A stretch of DNA of 64,000 nucleotides from the human T2T-CHM13v2.0 reference genome, Homo sapiens. The DNA is taken from assembly GCF_009914755.1 (NCBI RefSeq), contig NC_060938.1; one strand, written 5' to 3'. A model generated the notes under the pieces. It saw only the letters and a list, made by a program, of their open reading frames with translations, searched no databases and had not been told where the DNA came from. This document shows positions 58,401-64,000 of the stretch, piece by piece. Position 1 is the first letter of the stretch, and every line of letters starts with the position of its first letter. The translations under genes were made by a program, and so were the position numbers.

Positions 58401-58499
58401 GATTTAAAGGTTTAAATTTCTCTAACCAAACTGCTTGATCCAGATGCAGGACTGCAAATGTTAATATTTGTTCTGGAAGAACAATCAAATAAGACTTAA
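55480..58499 (+). pseudogene. Fossil of a vertebrate-type type I polyketide synthase, C-terminal ER-KR-ACP region
   Basis: Colinear motifs: YSDYFPVS..KHKLLTLDFSSTVTAMCKAIEKVKTG (ER-like, from 55779); VYIISGQLSSLGFETIVFVTQR (KR Rossmann, 56636); SAAVLDDG..EKVLSPKVAGAVHL..LDYFECYSLVSAFIENATKAN*AAANSLLDFFCH (KR, 57640-57870); LGIDSVSAMTIEN..LTKLLDP (ACP, 58350-58442). Many stops and frameshifts. Confidence 0.88.
56714..57437 (-). mobile_element. L1MA (L1MA1-like) 3' fragment inserted in the PKS KR coding sequence
   Basis: T-rich tail, then tttgtgggtacatagt..gagatgttttgacacgggc; flanked by agaagatggttct / aggagatagttct (11/13 match). Confidence 0.88.
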
Positions 58500-60410
58500 G
58501 AGGAAAAGGAATGGCCACAATCCACCTGAAATTTTTTTTTTAAAAAGTGTGCAGCCTACTAAATCAGAATGAAAATAGAAGTACAAGATTATAAACAAAA
58601 TGCAATCAAACTTTTCTTAAGCTTACCTAAAGTTATTTCATCTGAAAATTTCAAGCAACTTTGTTCAACATTAAATTGACAATCTAAACTAACAAGTCTT
58701 TTGAATTTATGCATGGTAGTAAACATTCTCTCTATTAACTTTATTACCTAAGGCTAAACCTAAAATTTTTAAGCAAAATTAGAAAAATAGTCTTCACTCA
58801 TCAAAAAATAAAGTTTGTTACATTTAGTATTTTCCCAATAAAATTGGTCGTTCTTGGTTTTTTATTTGGAGAGTCTGTGCAAAATGTCACTAAAAATAAA
58901 TTAGCACTAGAAATTATTTCTAAATACCAAAAAAAAAAAAAATGAAGAATGGTTTCACAAAGAAAAAAAGAAAACTTTCTTAATTAGCAGAGTATCATCT
59001 CTGTGATTTTTGTGATTATTTGATCAGTGTGCTGAGATGGATACAATGGCAAGTAATGACAAAATTAAAATAAGCATGCAGATTTTTTTAAATTAAGTGC
59101 CAAAAAATAATGGGTCGTGCAAAGCCCTTAAAAACACTGTGGCCTAATTCTAAAGTTTTTTGCTACTATGCTACATCACACCCAACATCAGTTAAGTGCT
59201 CATTCTGTGACAGGTAGTACATTACATTTTAGCAAACTACACAAGACCCCTATGTGATAATATGCTTCGGGGTTGTAAGGTTGGGTGCGTTTAGTAGTCT
59301 TGAATTTTCTGGGAGTATACAAACCCAATATTAGTCTAGATGCCCAAAGATCTATTTAGACGTCAAAGTAGAATGGAGAGAAATCTTGACCACAGGAAGC
59401 TGTGTTGTGGCATTTATTTTGAAATGATTTTTTCTTGATTTTTTTGCCTTTTAATTCTTTTGTGAGTTTTATAATGCACAGAATATTTTTAAATTATTAT
59501 ATATATAAACTGATTAGTCTTCAATTTAAACTTACACCTCTGGGGTCTTACTTGGGTTTCTCCTAACAATATTATACACATATTTGCAATAATTTCTCTC
59601 ATACTGCTTTTAACTCATTTAATTTTTCAACTTTTTAAGAATAACAAAAGTGATATTAACTGTAAAAATGCTGAAGTGACATATGAATTTATGAAGTGCA
59701 TATGTATTTTTTATTTTACCAATGAGATGGGAGAAATGCTGTCTTATATTTTAACATACATTTTGGCCATTACACAGATGAAGCAACTTTTCATTTGTTA
59801 ATACATAGCATACGTTTTCTTCTGTGTAATTCCTCTTTATATTCTTTGCTCATTTTCCCACTGGGATTTGCAAGTTCTTTATTATTTGATAATCTCTATA
59901 CATTCTGAATATCCATTTTTTTGTTATATATACCATGTAAATATTTTCTTCTAATTTATTTGTCTCAATGGTATTTATCAAGTGTTTGCTAAAAATGAGT
60001 TTGTTTAGTTAGTAAAATTTGTCTGTCTTTTACTTCATGATATTTATATTTCATGTCATGAGGAAAAGGCATGAATATTTTAAAAACTTCCTTGTAGTAT
60101 TAATTTTATTTTTTATTTCATTCTTTAAGTTATTTGAAATTTATTGTTTATTTCTTCAAATTCCAAATAATAACCAACTTTCTCAAAGTAATACTTCTTT
60201 CTACTGATTTCAAATGTTACATTTGTCTTCTCTGAAGTTCTTGTCTATTTGATACCTGACGGTCACACTACTGCTGTGGATGTGCTTCGTACCACCACAG
60301 TACTGTAGGGTTATAAGATTATCTGATAGCCAATAGAAGCAGACCTCTACTCACTGTCATTCTTTTTTCTTTTGGAGAAGAAAGTTAGCTATTTTTATCT
60401 GGGTTCTCAA

Positions 60411-60709
60411 TTTTTTTTTTTTTCTTTTTGAGATGAAGCCTTGCTCTCTCACCCAGGCTAGAGTGCAGTGGCATAATCTTGGCTCTCTGCAACCTCTGCC
60501 TCCCTGGTTCAATTGATTCTCCTGCCTCAGGCTCCTGAGTAGCCAGGATTACAGGCATCCATCACCACGCCTGGCTAATTTTTTTATTTTTAGTAGAGAC
60601 AGGGTTTCACCATCTTGGCCAGGCTGGTCTTGAACTCCTGACCTCGTGTTGCACCCACCTCTGATTCCCAAAGTCCTGGGATTACAGGCATGAGCCACCG
60701 CACCTAACC
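60411..60709 (-). mobile_element. AluS, antisense
   Basis: T-tract plus dimeric antisense Alu. Confidence 0.9.
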
Positions 60710-60964
60710 GGGTTCTCAGTTTCGTATAAACTTTAAAGTAGATTATCAAATCACATACCAATTGCCATCTGATTGAAATTTCAATGTTTTTATATGTAAG
60801 TTTCGAGACTAAAGCCATCTCTATTCTTTCAGCACTTCAGATGTTTATCTTTCAATTCAAAATGTATTCTAAGTTTTATTTTGATGTTTCTTTGTGAATT
60901 ATTCAGAAGTTTGTTGTTTGATTTCCAAACACTTGTGTGTTTACTAAGTATCTTATTGATATTC

Positions 60965-62714
60965 ATTTTTTTCTTTTTTAATTTATATTTTAGGTTCAGG
61001 GGGTACACGTGCAGCTTTGTTATGTAGGTAAATTGCATGTTGCTGGGGTTTCATGGAAAAAATAATTTAGTCACTGAGGTAGTGAGCATAGTACCTGATA
61101 GGCATAAGTAATTTTTCAATCTTCACCGATTTTTCACCCTCTACCCTCACACAGGCCCTAGTATCTATTGGTCCTTGTTTTGGACCATGTGGAGCCAATG
61201 TTTATCTCTCATTTATAGGTGATAATATATGCTGTCTTTTTCTGTTTTTGTGTTAATCTGCTTAATTTGTGGGATGTAGCCTCCAGCTACATCCATTTTG
61301 TTGCAAAAGCCATAAATTTATTGTTTTTTTGTTGCTACACAGTATTTCATGGTGTATATGTACCAATTTTTTTTCTTTTTGAGATAGAGTCTCACTCCGA
61401 CACCCAGGCTGGAGTGCTGTGGCATAATCTGGGCCCACTGCAACCTTCGCCTCCCAGGTTCAAGCTATTCTGCCACCTCAGTTTCCCAAGTAGCTGGGTC
61501 TACAGGCATGTACCACCATGCCTGGCTAATTTTTGTATTTTTAGTAGAGATGGTGTTTCACCATGTTGGCCAGGCTTTTCTCAAACTCCTAATATCAGAT
61601 GATCCGCCCATCTCGGCCTCCCAAAGTGCTGGGAATACAGGCGTGAGCAACCACGTCAGGCGGTACACATTTTTTTTTTTCTAGTCCACCACTGATGAGC
61701 CTCTAGGTTGGTTCCATGTTTTTGCTACTGTTAATAGTGCTGTGATAATCATACAAGTACATGTGTCATTTGATAGAACAATTCATATTTCTTTGTGTAT
61801 GTGCCCAGTAATGAGACTGCTGCGCCAAATGGTAGTTCTGTTTAAGTTTTTTGAGAAATCTTCACACTGCTTTATACAATGGCTGAATTAATTTACATTC
61901 CCAACGGAAGTGTATAAGATTTCCCTTTTCTCTGCAACCTCAGCAACATCTGTTATTTTCTGACTTTTTATTAGTAGCCATTGTGATTGGTATGAAATGG
62001 TATCTCATTGTGGTTTTCATTTGCATTTCTCTAATGATTAGTGATTTTTAAAATGGAGCATTTTTTCATATTCTTGTTAACAGCATGTATGTCTTTTTTG
62101 AGAAGTGTCTGTTCTTGTCCTTTGCCCATTTTTCAATGAGGTTGTTTAGTTTTTGCTTAAAAATTTTTTTAAGTTCCTTACAGGTTCTGGATATGAGACC
62201 TTTGTCAGATCCATAGTTTGCAAATATTTTCTCCCATTTTGTCGGTTGTCTGTTTACTCTGCTGATAGTTTCTTTTGTTGAACATAATCTCCTTAGTATA
62301 CTTAGGTCCCACTTGTCTATTTATGTTTTTGTTGCAATAGCTATTGGAAACTTGATCATAAAATCCTTGTTATTGCCTATGTCCAGAATATTATGTTCTG
62401 GGCTTTTGTCTAGGGTTTTTATACTTTTAGGTTTTACATTTAGGTCTTTAATCCATCTTAAGTTGATTTTTTTAATATGTTGGAAGGAAGTTGTCCATTT
62501 TAAATCTTCTGAATATGGCTAAACAGTTATCCTAGTACCATTCATTGAATAGGGAGTCTGTTCCCATTGCTTCTAATTATAGACTTTGTCAAAGATCAGA
62601 TGGTTGTAGGAGTGCAGCCTACAACCTTCTCTAATCTGTTCCATTGGCTTTTGTGTCATGGTTTTTGTACCAGACCTATGATGTTTTGGTTACTATATCC
62701 TTGGAGTATAGTTT
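60965..62714 (-). mobile_element. Old L1PA/L1PB 3' portion, antisense, containing an antisense AluS (61368-61663)
   Basis: ttttaggttcagggggtacacgtgcagctttgttatgtaggtaaattgcatg marks the 3' end; continues into antisense ORF2. Confidence 0.85.
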
Positions 62715-62733
62715 GTGAACCCTCAAAATCTGA

Positions 62734-63985
<1,252 letters not shown>

Positions 63986-64000
63986 TATATATATGTATAT

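Larger units (their letters stand above)
45500..58930 (+). ncRNA. DUXAP8: 5' portion of a DUXAP8/DUXAP9/DUXAP10 (LINC01296)-family lncRNA; candidate exons ~45500-45615, 47735-47845, 49158-49267, 49388-49499, 51253(or 51229)-51366, Alu exon ending 51720, 52196-52412, candidate terminal exon 57420-~58930
   Basis: Consensus AG/GT boundaries read directly. The exon1-exon2 junction ...CCGCG|GTTCATCTGTGTTGCTC and exon-1 GAGAAGCAGTGGTGGGTTCC match my recollection of this family; paralog identity is unresolved. Confidence 0.7.

Noticed and set aside
55480-58499. FASN pseudogene as the origin of the ER-KR-ACP remnant
   Set aside because: Motifs differ from recalled FASN (GGLGGFGLEL, NYGFAN, GLDSL), the DNA is AT-rich, and no thioesterase follows the ACP; the PKS-type LGFET, AAAN and GIDS motifs fit better
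55480-58499. Bacterial contamination or recent horizontal transfer
   Set aside because: The segment carries an old L1MA insertion with a TSD and many neutral lesions, and is embedded in primate repeats

Overview
Human (primate) pericentromeric segmental-duplication DNA with no intact protein-coding gene. From memory, the content fits the POTE-adjacent duplicon of 22q11.1/14q11.2 (GRAMD4 pseudogene plus the 5' part of the DUXAP8/DUXAP9/DUXAP10-LINC01296 lncRNA family); the exact paralog cannot be determined here. In order, the window holds an orphan ANKRD18/20/26-family pseudo-exon, a minus-strand GRAMD4 processed pseudogene interrupted by an inverted L1PA, a ~38-bp GC-rich minisatellite and an isolated ~6-monomer alpha-satellite block. 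These are followed by a ~310-bp GC-rich satellite, a CpG-island promoter with lncRNA exons carved from tandemly duplicated antisense L1, and a 33-bp minisatellite, among many Alu/L1/LTR fragments. The main discovery is a ~3-kb fossil (55480-58499, + strand) of the C-terminal ER-KR-ACP half of a vertebrate-type iterative polyketide synthase, a gene class functional in fish and birds but generally regarded as absent from humans. The fossil is split by an L1MA insertion with a target-site duplication, its KR catalytic Tyr codon is now TAG, and its KR-ACP part looks like a terminal exon of the lncRNA. All family assignments come from manual translation and recall, not database searches.
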